A stretch of 64,000 nt of DNA from Priapulus caudatus (taxonomy: Eukaryota). Positions 25,801-36,866 of the stretch are shown piece after piece (within the stretch, counting starts at the first letter, position 1; every line of letters begins with the position of its first letter). The notes under the pieces are model-generated. The model saw only the letters and a list, made by a program, of their open reading frames with translations, had not been told where the DNA came from and made no database searches. Made by a program: the position numbers and the translations under genes. The stretch spans positions 210,071 to 274,070 of the forward strand of contig NW_014577064.1 of assembly GCF_000485595.1 (NCBI RefSeq). The letters run 5' to 3'.

Positions 25801-28800
25801 ATCAAATCCTCCTGTAAAGTCAGCACCTGACTTCCTACTAGGCCTATACCCTGAAAAACGTTACATACACTTCATAGAGGATTAGCCGTCTAGCAAGCCA
25901 ATTTACCACAATTCGGTTGACAACAAAGTGCAGATGCTGGGTAAGTGGCAGACAGCGGGGAACAGAACTGAAGTGGAAGAATAACATTTGGTAAACTATT
26001 GTCATACGATTGCGAATTCTTAACGAGTTATATCAGAGGAGTGAGTATATAGTGCCTGCAGCTAAAAATCTGATTGGTTTTTGAACTCAGGTGACCTTGC
26101 AAACGTTGCTTAAAAAATGCAAAGATCTACTGTGTCTATATGATATAATTTCCATGCAATTTTGCCTAAAGTCTAACAATTTTACTAAAATGACTCCATC
26201 CTAGTAAAAAACGCCAGTAGAGTAAGTTAGTGATCCGTAAACATTGATAACCTTTTGAACACAACATTAGTTTGATGACTTTTAGTAAAATATTTACGAT
26301 GTCACACGTTCTAGAAACGACACATATAACACTTTCCGCTTATTGTGAGCTTTAGGGAAAACACGACTTCAGTGCAACTTTTGTCAAAAAAATTCCAATT
26401 TCGCTGGAAAACAAAATATTGCACGTAATCACCTGTGAAGCAAAGCATCAAATTTGATTTTCAGAATCACAGAAAATTTTCAGCATCTCTGATATAATAA
26501 TCAAGCCATTATGGTATTACCCTGCAACACATAACACACTCAGCACCGTGCCTTCAATAACCATAACTTGGTGCATTAAATCTCGAATCGTCTAAGTAGT
26601 AATCACAGGAGACATCAAAAGCGTTATTAGTTTATGGACATGTTGACATTAAGATTGCCATGTGGCGTATGCACGTAAACATCTCCTGTAATATGAGGAA
26701 ACCCTTCAAATATCGTATTAGCCATATAACGTATAACACCTGCTCAAACCAAAATGCCAAAAATGCCAAAAATACCCAATACACATTCTTTTCGCTAATG
26801 ATTAATTATCGAACTTTCATGCGTCCACGAATATAATATCTTTGCCGTGAAATAAATTTTTGTGTGGCCTACCTACCTTCGCACCATTGGGTTACCACAT
26901 TAAAGGAGTAGGCCTATATATATACAGATTGCTCCTACAACTTCTTAAATGTATCACGAGACCAAGTGCACAGTGCAATGTTCCAGCAGTTGCTTTCATA
27001 ATAAATCCTAGCACTCTGGCTGAGGTTTTGTGATGACACTACTGTATCAGCGTGACTAACTCACTGTGCAATTATGCAGTGTATAAACAGAATGAACGTG
27101 TTTGGCATGCTACATCACAACCAATCAACTGACAGGGATTAACATATAATACGATTCAGTTAACAAATAAAGCACCTACTTCTACCAAATCCTCCGGGTT
27201 GTCAACGAGGGATGAAAAGGCGCTTCTGGAGGTGATGTTTCGCTGGAGCTGACTCACAGTCACGTTCAACGCGTTGATCTGTTGCAACGTATAACCGAAC
27301 CATTATTTGTACAAGGAGCAACATCTAGAATGCGCTGAAAAGACGAGTGCTTATACCACTGTCCGTTCATTAAAGAAATAAAGTGTTTCGCGAGCACTAG
27401 TGACGTCCATGGGTATTTTAGCAACAGTAATGATCGCATAATGATACGACCTGCAGGAGTAGAAATGAACTTTTGAACAAGAAGTCACACGGACTCCTTG
27501 CATATGTCAAATCAGGGAGTCCGACAGTAAATCAGGGAGTATTTGACTCCGGACTCGCGTTAATTTCGCACCCTGACCTGCATGTATGCCATCGTGAGGT
27601 TGTCGTGTAGCTCATCAAGGCCATTCGGTCCCATCGTGTAGACCTTCAAGTATTTCTCGAGAGCGCTGAGACGATCCTGCGACAGCTGCAGCTGCTCGGC
27701 GATGGATTCCGAACCACCGGCTAGGAACGAAATAACACGACACACTTACACATCAGCTGCACACACAACGTTCTCATGTCTGACATAGTGCACTCACATA
27801 ATGGCACGGAGCAATAACTCATAGTTTTGTTTGCATATCTTCCATTACAAGTATAGAATGAAAGAATAGGTTATAATATAAAGATATTAAGCTAAGCTCA
27901 TAACTTTGTGGAAATGATCAGCATAATACATTATGGGTGTCCGTCGTTAAAAAAAAAACGGTTTAGAAATGATACTGTGGCTAATTTTGAAACACTGCTG
28001 ATGAGTCAGACCATTTGGCTTTTATCTTGCAGTTTCTGTCACAACTTCAAAACTCTAGAGCTACTCAAACTTCTGTTATTCGAGACTTTCTGAAGCTGTA
28101 GATAAAACGGACACTTCACACAAGCATCACTGTATACAACACATTTAGTGACTCAACACAAGTTTTTTCTCACAGCAGTTCGTGCATTTTGATAGAAGAT
28201 GGATCTATCGCCTAAGCAACTTTTCAGCAACTTTTTTCAAGCAACTTTCTATGCTTTACACATATCGTTTTAATGTGTAGTTTTCAGTGTTTTCCAAGAG
28301 TAATAATTTTACTGCAATTCATGATAATGCATGAATGCGATGATGGCAGAGTAACAAATATATATTATTAAAATATATATATATATATATACAAGGTTAG
28401 AAATTAACTTTTGAACAAGGGAGCCCAACGGACTCCCTACCCTCAAAAAGAGGGAGTCCGCAGTCTGAAGTTCAAAAATATAGATATTAACAATATTTAA
28501 CGCCTGTGCTTATTTTGAAGTTCATGCGGTTGTACGTCTGCCCAATTTTCTTTGGACATTTGCTGAAAAAATACGGCAATTCCGCGAGGCCATGCTCTGG
28601 AACGAACTAGTCAGTATAGCAGAATTTTTAGGGAGTCACACGGACTCCTGCATATATATGCAGACCTGCCAACCCCATCTGATGATCATCAGTAATAATT
28701 ATTGGATTTTTCCGTAACAAATAGGCATTTGTCAGTAACACCTTTTTGTCAGTCTTATTACAGTATAATAATAATTTATCTCTCACGGTGATTGGCTGAA

Positions 28801-31451
28801 AATAGCCTTCAGTGCGGTACTACTATTCCTGGATCCGTGACGTCATTCAAAATGGCTGCACCCATAAACCAGACAGACGAGCGCATAACACAGCATAATT
28901 TACCATTTTCAGTGAGTACCGTTACGTTTTAAGAGCTATTAGTCTAAATCTACAGACACAGTAGTCATGTTACATGATAATAGTTGATTTTACACTGTGT
29001 TTATTTCTTTTTTTTGCATTAAAAAATATAAATTTCAGAGATTTCTTGCTGTCCGTAATTTTTTGAGGTCGTCCGTAACACCGTAATTTTGACTCGCGTC
29101 CGTAACAAATTACGGGCAATACGTAACAGTTGGCAGGTCTGTATATGTCAAATCAGGGAGTATTTGACTACGGACTCGCATTAATTTCGCACCCTAATAT
29201 ACCTATATATATATCCTTAGACAGCCCTGCTCATGTCAATGGCAAGACAATTCACTTTGCATAGTTAGAGCAAATGTAACTGAGATGGTAGTGAGATGGA
29301 CTTTGAGCCATGCTAATTGAGTTTTCTGCATACATGTGCAGACATTATAAACAGAGCACTCACTCACTGTCTGCATGACTAGTATGCATTACGAGCCAAG
29401 AGTGCCTATTACGTAATGTTCAACCCCTTTTGAAATGCAAATAGCTTGGGTAGTTACTCTCCACTTTTATGATATAACAAATCACCAGATTTTCAAAAAT
29501 CTCATAACTTTTGTAATAAGCATCTGACAACAGCTTCTCTACTGAAATCAATTTTAGTGCGAAAACGCTTGCACCATGTTACAAAATAATGCAGTTAGCT
29601 GATTTTAATAAATAAAATGCTGCAGAGTTTCATGAAAGATGGGGAACAATGTTTGATCCCCATCTTTCATCCTCCATCTTTCATGAAACTCTGCAGCATT
29701 TTATTTAGTAAAATCAGCTAACTGCATTATTTTGTAACATGGTGCAAGCGTTTTCACACTAAAATTTATTTCAGTAGAGAAGCTGTTGTTAGATGTTTAT
29801 TACAAAAGTTATGAGATTTTTGAAAATCTGGTGATTTGTTTCCCAGGGTATTTGTTTCGCAGGGTAAAAATCGCAGGATAATGAGACCGCACACGCTCCG
29901 AATTCACCCACCAGGTGGGAACGAAAAAAGTCGCACAGGACAAACCATAGCATGTGCGCCAGGCTTTATACATAGGTGTCATGCAAAGAAACAGCGAAAA
30001 AAACACTTATTTTAAAATGGTTTAAACACCTGTATAAATTATTACTGTTTTTGTTTTTCTCGCGACAACATCGACAATGTGGGACCGCATACCCGGACTG
30101 CAGCGGCTCGCAAGGTCGTTCACTTGTCTGTAGAGCGTCAGCGTGACCCACGACAAGATGGCGAGTCCGACAATAAGCACTACGAACACGACGGCCTGCG
30201 TGCACCGCCATGACGAACACGACGAAGATCTGTAGTCGATGTTCGTCTGTCGACCCGACTTCAATTTCTTCCTGCGAGCAACAAAGCCAACAGAGAATTA
30301 CTAGGTGTATATTTGTACGTCATCGGGCAAGAGTGGCGGTGCTTAGAAATAAAACACTGCCGCTGTGATGGAAGACCTACATTGCTGCCCAGTAAAAAAT
30401 CTGCATGACGAATAAGTGAAATTATCCGACTGGTAAACAAATTTCAAAATGGGCCATGGTTTGTCTCATTGTGAGAATCGAAATTAGGGACTGGGGTTTA
30501 CATAGCATTTATTCATTATCCCATACGAAAAAAATCTAAGTAATTTGGACTGAATTAAAATATTTCAAGACAGTTTACAAAATTTCTAAGAATTTAGAAT
30601 TTAATAATCTAAAAAGATCAGTTCATTTGAAGAAGGTGCCATAACCACGTGCGAATTTAATTTGTCTTAGCTAAAATTTTCCCATTATAGCATTTATGGC
30701 TTGAAGCTACAGGGATTATAATCACGTGAGCTGGAGACACTCATCACATTGATCTTTCGATACACTGAACGTGAAAAAAGTAGCAAGCTTGAGAAAATTA
30801 TGTACAAGTTTATTTGTAACGACTCCTACTCAGGGGACTGCAGCATAATCATTTTAAGATGAAATTTCAAGTCTAATATAGTAATAAATGACCACAGTGC
30901 AGACATGCTATAACAAAGGTCTTAAGGCGCTTTCACCTGTCCACACCATAGGAGCGTTTACGTGTTTTCCCAGCGTGTGTGTGAATTCCCAATTGGTTAC
31001 GTAAATGAAAGTGTCAATGACACTATAGCTCACCTTGGGTGTGATAGGAGAGGGAGATAATATTTAAAATCGTGTAAGTGTATATATGTATGTTAGTATA
31101 TTATGAATGTGTTCAAAAGGTTTTGTATTGGAATTTGGAAACGTGATTCACGGAAAATAGCATCTATGATCAAACGGGGCGACAAATGTGTAGAAATAAA
31201 TGGGATTTGAACCTAAAGTTTTCTAGATAGCTAAACCTTATGGGATTCGAACGTAATGTTGATGACGTCATACATTATTATACTATTACTAGCCAATCAA
31301 ATCTGGTGTACGGTAAAATAGCGGAAGTGGATACTCTGCCGTTAGATACAATAACGTAACCCAAACACAGGGGTCCCCCTTACCCCGTGTTTGGGTTACA
31401 TTATTACCTCCGCGCAACGCAACGAAGTTGCAGGGGAGGTAATGTAATCGG

Positions 31452-31500
<49 letters not shown>

Positions 31501-34106
31501 AGCCTAAAAATTACTTTTTTTTACGAGAGCTCTTTTTTGATTTTGTGTAAAAAAAAGAGCTCTCGTAATTTTTTTTACAGGAGCTATTTTAGGCTTGGCC
31601 AGTGCTACTTTTTCATAGCATAATTATGTAAAAATTTTCATAATTTTGATGCACTGACTCTAATATCATTCATCAGCATTCAGCACTCAGCACCAGTATC
31701 AGACTATCAGTGTTAAGAAATCGTCAACAAATTACATTCGATCAGATTTTTTTTATCTAATTTCACTCGACTAAGAAACCAATCAAATTCTTATTCAATT
31801 TCATTCACACAGACAGACATGCACTACACAGTACACATAGTCAGGTAACATGACAAAGACAGAAAATCAAGAATTATAATCATGGTAATGATGGTATGGT
31901 TATTTTCAAGTTTCTTTTTTTTACTTCATTTCTTTTCATCTTTTAACTTTCTTTTTACATCAACTGAGCAAGTTCAGAACTTCAGAGAGAGTTTTTAGTT
32001 ACTTTAAGTATGTTAAAAAAAACTTGTACTGGAATCTCTAGGAATGCCGGGAGCTTCTGGGCAAGGTTTTACTTTCGCTTTTCTCCTCCCCAGTCCACGG
32101 TACCCCCATGCATAGATCAATGCTGCCGCACATCCGCAAAGTTACAAGTGCCTAAAATCTTTATAAGTATATATACAGTTTACATTGCTTCTAGATATCT
32201 AACTGAATAAAAATAGTCCACTTTCTACGTTAAGAAAAGTGACGAAGTCAGTTTACAGCTTTGATTACGTGCGTGTCAGGTGTCACTGGTCATGCCCTCA
32301 CTCCCAACGATAACACCTGCGATATAAAAACTTATTGTTATGCGGTCATAAAAACACTGGCTGCACTACTGTCTACGTGCCCGCAATCGATTTTTTAGAC
32401 TATCGCGAGTTTTTGTTCGTGTGGCGTTCGTGTGGCTAGTAGTATTTCATCAGAATATGAAGGACAATGGTATGACATCTGAAAGTCAAATGGTATGACA
32501 AATGGCTGAAACATACCTATAGCCCAGTCTACCTAGGTGTTACTTTAGACCGTTCGCTAACTTACAAGAATCACATCATCAAGACAAAGGCCAAAGTGGG
32601 TGCCAGAAACAGTATTCTAAAGAAGTTGGCCAATACTAAATGGGGAACAGACGCCGGGACAATCAGAACCACTGCTATCGCCCTGTGCTACTCTGCGGCT
32701 GAGTATGCGTGCCCTGTATGGAGTAGGTCGCCCCATGCTGCAAAAATTGACCCAGTTCTGAACATTGCCTGCAGAGCCATTTCTGGATGCTTGAGACCAA
32801 CCAACGTAGATGACCTCTACCTGCTCTGTGGCATCGCTCCCCCACACGTTAGACGAATGGCTTCATCCCAAGTAGAGAAACTTAACCAAGAGAATGACCC
32901 CCGCCACCCCCTCTTCCAGCATGAAACAGTAAAGAAGAGACTAAAGTCCAGGCACAGTTTCATCCACGCGGTTCAACCCCTGGATGGCAACCTCCAAAAC
33001 TACAGGATCGCCCAATGGTCAAAGCATCTTCAGGCAAGCCAACATAAGCTTTCACTCAGACCCCAGGAATCCCTCCCGCCCGGAGCCAACGAGGTATGGC
33101 CGACGTGGTTGTGCCTAAATCGCCTCAGGACAGGTTTTGGTCGATGTAGGGCACTCATGCAGAAATGGGGATACACTGAAGATGGTCCAATCGAATGCGA
33201 CTGCGGGGAGGACCAGACTATGGGACATCTCCTGAAATGCCCCTTATTGCCAGAGCCATGTAGCCCTGGAGACCTTGAGGCTTTCAACCACCGTGCCAAG
33301 TCCTGTGTGCTGCAGTGGCTGGGCCGAGTGTAGTGTAGTGACCCGAGAAGAAGAAGAAGAATATGAAGGGAAAAAGTGCCGGTCAGGAGGACCGGGAGTT
33401 TCGTAGAGATGGTGGCCCGAGGAAAAACTTGGTGGGCTCGGGCCTCCAGTTCGAACGCTGCCGGCGGCACGGGAGCGATTTTTTCTCGTATCTTCCAAAA
33501 TTTTCGCTCTCGTAATTGTTGTTACCAAAGCGCTTTGAAAGCTGACGGGAGCGAAATCGCTCGCCGCTCCCGTGTATCCCGTGTATTCCCCTGGACACAC
33601 GGTACCGCTGCTGGTGTGTGTGTGTCCGCGAGCGGCGAGTCGGCAGCAGGCGAGTGAGTCAGCAGCAACCAGCGAGTGGCGAGTCAGCAGCCGCCACCAG
33701 CGAGCGGCGAGTCAGCAGCAGGCGAGTCAGTCAGCAGCAGCCAGCAGCGAGCGGCGAGCCAGCTCGTAACACATACATGTTACATGCTCGCGGAGGTATG
33801 CACTCTCCGTGAGTGCCCTCTGTCTAGTTGAATATTGTATCTAACTCTGCCGTATACGGTTAAATATCCAAGTTGCCTTTTCAATTTGTTGGCTATTGCA
33901 GAGTGAAGGGTGATATTATCATATAGGCCACGTAATAATTATCAGGTGTATATCGCATAGCCACACAAGTCTTACCTCCTATTTGGTTTCTTCTTTAGCA
34001 GTTTAGTTTCATTATGCGGTGCTTGTCGTAGATCCAGGTCATCTACACTTGACAAATCACTGATGTCGTCTAACAAGTTAAATACTTCCTTATGGTTATT
34101 CATCAT
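19799..34106 (-). CDS. EFCAB14: EFCAB14/KIAA0494-like type II membrane coiled-coil protein, 13 coding exons, ~465 aa (gene span)
   Basis: Exons 34106-33976, 30271-30093, 27720-27578, 27278-27180, 25850-25728, 25383-25264, 24916-24824, 24305-24207, 23954-23880, 23171-23076, 21182-21068, 20798-20750 and 19874-19799 have GT-AG borders and consistent phases (1398 nt). Acidic/basic N-terminus, one TM segment ([18 protein letters not shown]) and heptad-rich lumenal region. [35 protein letters not shown] resembles the EFCAB14 coiled-coil segment as I recall it; naming needs BLAST confirmation. Confidence 0.75.
20750..20798 (-). CDS. EFCAB14: EFCAB14-like exon 12 (tentative; alternative in-frame acceptor at 20816)
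   Basis: Converts phase 1 to phase 2 as needed to reach the acidic terminal frame; donor AG|GTACAT is weak. Confidence 0.4.
21068..21182 (-). CDS. EFCAB14: EFCAB14-like exon 11
   Basis: tttatttcAG acceptor, GTGAGT donor; [10 protein letters not shown]...FLSTLT. Confidence 0.78.
21742..21885. mobile_element. Tc1/mariner-pogo (Tigger-like) MITE, 144 bp
   Basis: TIRs cagttagacctcgattatccgaac / gttcgaataaccgaggtttgactg; TA TSD on both sides. Confidence 0.85.
23076..23171 (-). CDS. EFCAB14: EFCAB14-like exon 10
   Basis: Polypyrimidine tract plus CAG acceptor, GTAAGT donor; [10 protein letters not shown]...DQLA. Confidence 0.78.
23238..23324. mobile_element. 87-bp mini TIR element inside (CATA)n
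   Basis: caagagtggataatagaga / tctctattatccactcttg; termini related to 4148-4188. Confidence 0.65.
23880..23954 (-). CDS. EFCAB14: EFCAB14-like exon 9
   Basis: tacAG acceptor, CAG|GTATAT donor; [25 protein letters not shown]. Confidence 0.7.
24207..24305 (-). CDS. EFCAB14: EFCAB14-like exon 8
   Basis: tttggcAG acceptor, GTATGT donor; [14 protein letters not shown]...HKE. Confidence 0.78.
24824..24916 (-). CDS. EFCAB14: EFCAB14-like exon 7
   Basis: cttgcAG acceptor, GTATTA donor; NLSIVEREL...GLNK. Confidence 0.75.
25069..25126. mobile_element. 58-bp TIR-only mini element
   Basis: caggagcgtataatgacaaa / tttgtcattatacgctcctg in a (TA)n context; same family as 45690-45730. Confidence 0.65.
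25264..25383 (-). CDS. EFCAB14: EFCAB14-like exon 6
   Basis: tttttgcAG acceptor, GTAATT donor; SQLERLN...EMLNL. Confidence 0.75.
25728..25850 (-). CDS. EFCAB14: EFCAB14-like exon 5
   Basis: tttttcAG acceptor, GTGAGA donor; [16 protein letters not shown]...FNLIT. Confidence 0.8.
27180..27278 (-). CDS. EFCAB14: EFCAB14-like exon 4
   Basis: 99 nt, phase 0-0; [17 protein letters not shown]...DLVE; donor GTAGGT. Confidence 0.75.
27454..27575. mobile_element. 122-bp hAT-like MITE with 5-bp TSD, at a splice donor
   Basis: Ends caggagtagaaatgaac / gttaatttcgcaccctg; acctg on both sides; homologous to 28392-29196. Confidence 0.75.
27578..27720 (-). CDS. EFCAB14: EFCAB14-like exon 3
   Basis: ttcgttcctAG acceptor, CAG|GTCAGG donor; [11 protein letters not shown]...NLTMAYMQ. 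Confidence 0.8.
28392..29196. mobile_element. hAT-like non-autonomous element (5-bp TSD atata) with a nested insertion
   Basis: Ends caaggttagaaattaac / attaatttcgcacccta; gggagtc/gactcc subterminal motifs. Confidence 0.75.
28661..29141. mobile_element. Nested TIR element, 6-bp TSD
   Basis: Perfect TIRs cagacctgccaac / gttggcaggtctg; tatatg on both sides. The homologous empty site is visible in the 27454-27575 copy. Confidence 0.8.
29476..29840. repeat. 365-bp near-perfect palindrome (foldback/MITE-like)
   Basis: Arms aacaaatcaccagattttcaaaaatctcataac... / ...gttatgagatttttgaaaatctggtgatttgtt, ~165 bp each with few mismatches. Confidence 0.9.
30093..30271 (-). CDS. EFCAB14: EFCAB14-like exon 2 (transmembrane segment)
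   Basis: CAG acceptor, GTATGC donor; KKLKSG...[27 protein letters not shown]. Confidence 0.8.
31403..33830 (+). mobile_element. Helentron-associated interspersed element (HINE-like)
   Basis: SubTIRs tacctccgcg (31405-31414) / cgcggaggta (33789-33798); internal IR ggaggtaat; (GT)n near the 5' end; 3' stem-loop gcactc-tccgt-gagtgc followed by ctagtt. Confidence 0.75.
32464..33357 (+). mobile_element. 5'-truncated non-LTR retrotransposon, Vingi/Ingi-like (RT C-terminus plus Cys/His knuckle)
   Basis: Open frame 32476-33333: [55 protein letters not shown]. (GAA)n tail and 12-bp TSD agaatatgaagg (32452-32463, 33358-33369). Clade call is from motif recall. Confidence 0.88.
33976..34106 (-). CDS. 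EFCAB14: EFCAB14-like exon 1 ([18 protein letters not shown]...KKKPNR)
   Basis: ATG, open frame, donor AG|GTAAG; phase 2 matches the next exon. Confidence 0.7.
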
Positions 34107-34506
34107 TTCAATAGATACATAAACACGTTACTAAGAGAGGTACACGCCTACCAAAACCACAGGCATAAAAAGTAGCTATAGGGTTAGCCAAAGTATTGAG
34201 AATGCTAAGAGTAATACAACAACATAAACAAAACAGTTGAGTTTTCTGCACCGACAATTTTTACGAAGCAACGTTTACGTATTCCTACTGTGGCGCCATC
34301 GAATGGACGCTAATACAAGCTAAATGTGGCTGTTTAGTTTCTTTTGTATTTACAAGACGAATGCGACTATGCGAAAAAAATTCGAAATGTCGCGATAGTT
34401 TTATTTTACAAAACCTTTAATATATTCAAGTTGTTATATAAAGATGTTGTAGGTAGTTATAATGTCCGTGAAGCACAATCATGAATGGCATCAAGAGCGT
34501 ATAAAG

Positions 34507-35083
34507 CCCGCCCCCCCCCCCCCCCCCGAGGTCGGAGGGACCGCATGCGCGTTCCCAAAATCTCCGGTAAAGGGGTATTTTTCGCGCGACAAAATCCGGC
34601 CCAAGAATTGTAAAAAAGGGGGTGTATTTGACTTTTCACCCGGAGATATCTTTAAAAAGGGGGTGTTTTTCCTCTCTCTCTTTCATCTTGAATATAATAG
34701 AAAACTTTATCAAATCCCGGGATCAAATTCCTGAAATTCCTGCTAGTTTTGAAAGCTCATTCAGGATTATTTAATTTTGAAATGTAAAAATATTGCCCCC
34801 TAGTTCCCCTCGATCACTGAACTCTACACTACGTAGTGTAGACTGGTTCGACAGTTCCACATGCTACACTAACGTCACTACGGTTGGAATGAGAGCTCAC
34901 CTGAGATAGGGGGTACATTGGGCAGTGTTCCGGATTTAGGGGGGTCTCCAAGGCAGGAAAACCCCGCAAAAAGCCTGCGAAAGGGGGGTTTAGAAATTTT
35001 AGCAGTCCTGAGATAGGGGGGTGCTTTCAAAGGGAGGGAACGAGCATATGCGTACCCTAAATAACACTGAGTGGGGGGGCGGG
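34507..35083. mobile_element. Non-autonomous DNA element with C-rich/G-rich termini and 8-bp TSD
   Basis: cccgccccccc / gggggggcggg; gtataaag at 34499-34506 and 35084-35091. Confidence 0.7.
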
Positions 35084-35409
35084 GTATAAAGAACCTCCTT
35101 ATTTACGCTTTGATGGCATGTATGCATAATCATGCGATCGCAAGGTTAGTTGAACGGTACGGGGGCAAATAGGAATTAAACAACATCTACACCCGAGACT
35201 CTATAGTAGTCACATCCTAATATTCGGATCTAGCCTACATTCATTTCTGGGGTATTGTCCGGTAGCTCAGCCTAGCTGCTACTGTTGTGAATGTGACCCG
35301 TGCGCGAAATTTTTTTTCCCACTTCAGTTCCGGACCCACCATAGATAGTGTTTTGTAATAAATTATTCTTATATATATGGTTGGATTATATCTAGTGTTA
35401 GGGTTCGCT

Positions 35410-35455
35410 TACGGGTTAGGGTTAGGGTTAGGGTTAGGGTTAGGGTTAGGGTTAG
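35410..35455 (+). repeat. Interstitial (TTAGGG)n
   Basis: About six consecutive ttaggg units. Confidence 0.9.
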
Positions 35456-36661
35456 TGGTATTTATTTTACATTGTTGCTTCGATGAAGTCGAGTGAATGG
35501 AGTGCGCTGATTGGCTGTGGTCCGGAACTCAGCCACCGTGCATTGACATACCAGCAGTGAGCGGCAGTTAACGGGATATTTCCAAACCAGAACTGTGACG
35601 TGACAACATCAAACTGTGTGGGAACAGTTGTTTTCTGTACGTGGGAACACACCATTTTAATCACGTAGCTGGGAACCGAGAAATATGAGATGATTTTTTT
35701 GAGATTCGAGAATATAAAAGTCAATCGGAACGCTGGAAGGACGAAGTTTATTAGCGATTTTAATTAACTGGAAATTGCATGTTTGATTACGTGGGAAACT
35801 AAGAATAGAACACCCACACTATAGCTCCGTTTTCCCCACACAACTATCCAAAAGCTGGCAAAGAGCCAACAGACTTCGACGATTCTTCCGATTTCGTCTG
35901 ATTTCGACTCTACAACCGTGGTGGTAGGCTTTTCTCTGCTGTTCACCAGATTCAGCTGAAGTAAAATCTTGTTGTACATGTCACATTTGGCCATAATAAA
36001 CCAAAATAAAGAAATGAATTAATATAGCTTCCAGTGTATATCTCTATAATACATATTAGGTGAAAAAATTGGCATTACACAATTAGCATGGAACCAAATT
36101 ATTGTGCTATAGGGCCTACCATTTTAGGGGTCCGTTTTAGTGTAGTTTAGTAAGATTTACATTATCTTACGCCAATAAGGGGTGAAATTTGCTACCGCTG
36201 AATACGCCATTTAGGATCCAATTTTGAGATGCTTTGACCAGCACGCGTACCAAGTAATATCCTGAGTGAACCCCTGGCAAGCCCTATACTGTTCAGTATG
36301 CTATACCCTCGCAAAGGCCATCTAACTGAGTCTGACGCACATGTATGAGCGTCATTTCCTTGCGTTATAGGCTTATTTAGGTTATTCTTATCTTACAATA
36401 TATATCACGAACACGCAGATAGGCATGTTTGTGAAATATTGGTCTTGTTGTCGACTAGGTAGCTATATAAGCTATTCCATTGCGACCACAACACGGCTCC
36501 CTGCCGTGATCTGAGATTTGTGATGACGAGTACCTTACCTATGTTCACATACTATACATTGGTGGTTTAAACTCATTTTTGAAAAAAATGGACATAGGCA
36601 GTTTTGCAAATAAGCTGTTCTTCATATATAATATATATATAATATAATATATAATATATAG

Positions 36662-36692
<31 letters not shown>

Positions 36693-36732
36693 TGTAGTCT
36701 GTAGATAAATTAAAGACAAGGCATCACTTTTA

Positions 36733-36775
36733 GCTGTTAATCCGAGTTTCACGCTTGCGCGATCATCAGACAGAC
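36733..36775 (-). ncRNA. Minimal type I hammerhead ribozyme-like motif
   Basis: Minus strand GUCUGU-CUGAUGA-UCGC GCAA GCGU-GAAA-CUCGGAU UA-ACAGC: intact core, one stem III mismatch. Confidence 0.55.
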
Positions 36776-36823
36776 TTTAATGAAGAATCATGAATAATTC
36801 ATTTAAGAATTATATTCATTAAA

Positions 36824-36866
36824 GTCTGTCTGATAATCGCGCAAGCGTGAAACTCGGAGTAACAGC
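36824..36866 (+). ncRNA. Minimal type I hammerhead ribozyme-like motif (core variant)
   Basis: GUCUGU-CUGAUAA-UCGC GCAA GCGU-GAAA-CUCGGAG UA-ACAGC: intact stems and GUA triplet, G-to-A change in the core. Confidence 0.45.

Larger units (their letters stand above)
31343..33843. mobile_element. Academ-like mini TIR element (TAG..CTA, 10-bp TSD) split by nested insertions
   Basis: tagatacaata...tattgtatcta flanked by actctgccgt (31333-31342, 33844-33853); same hairpin family as 9524-9585. Confidence 0.7.

Noticed and set aside
31200..31255. tRNA B-box-like fragments
   Set aside because: No cloverleaf or A-box; too short to call a tRNA or SINE.
35764..35994. 76-aa minus-strand ORF
   Set aside because: No recognisable homology or convincing splice partners.
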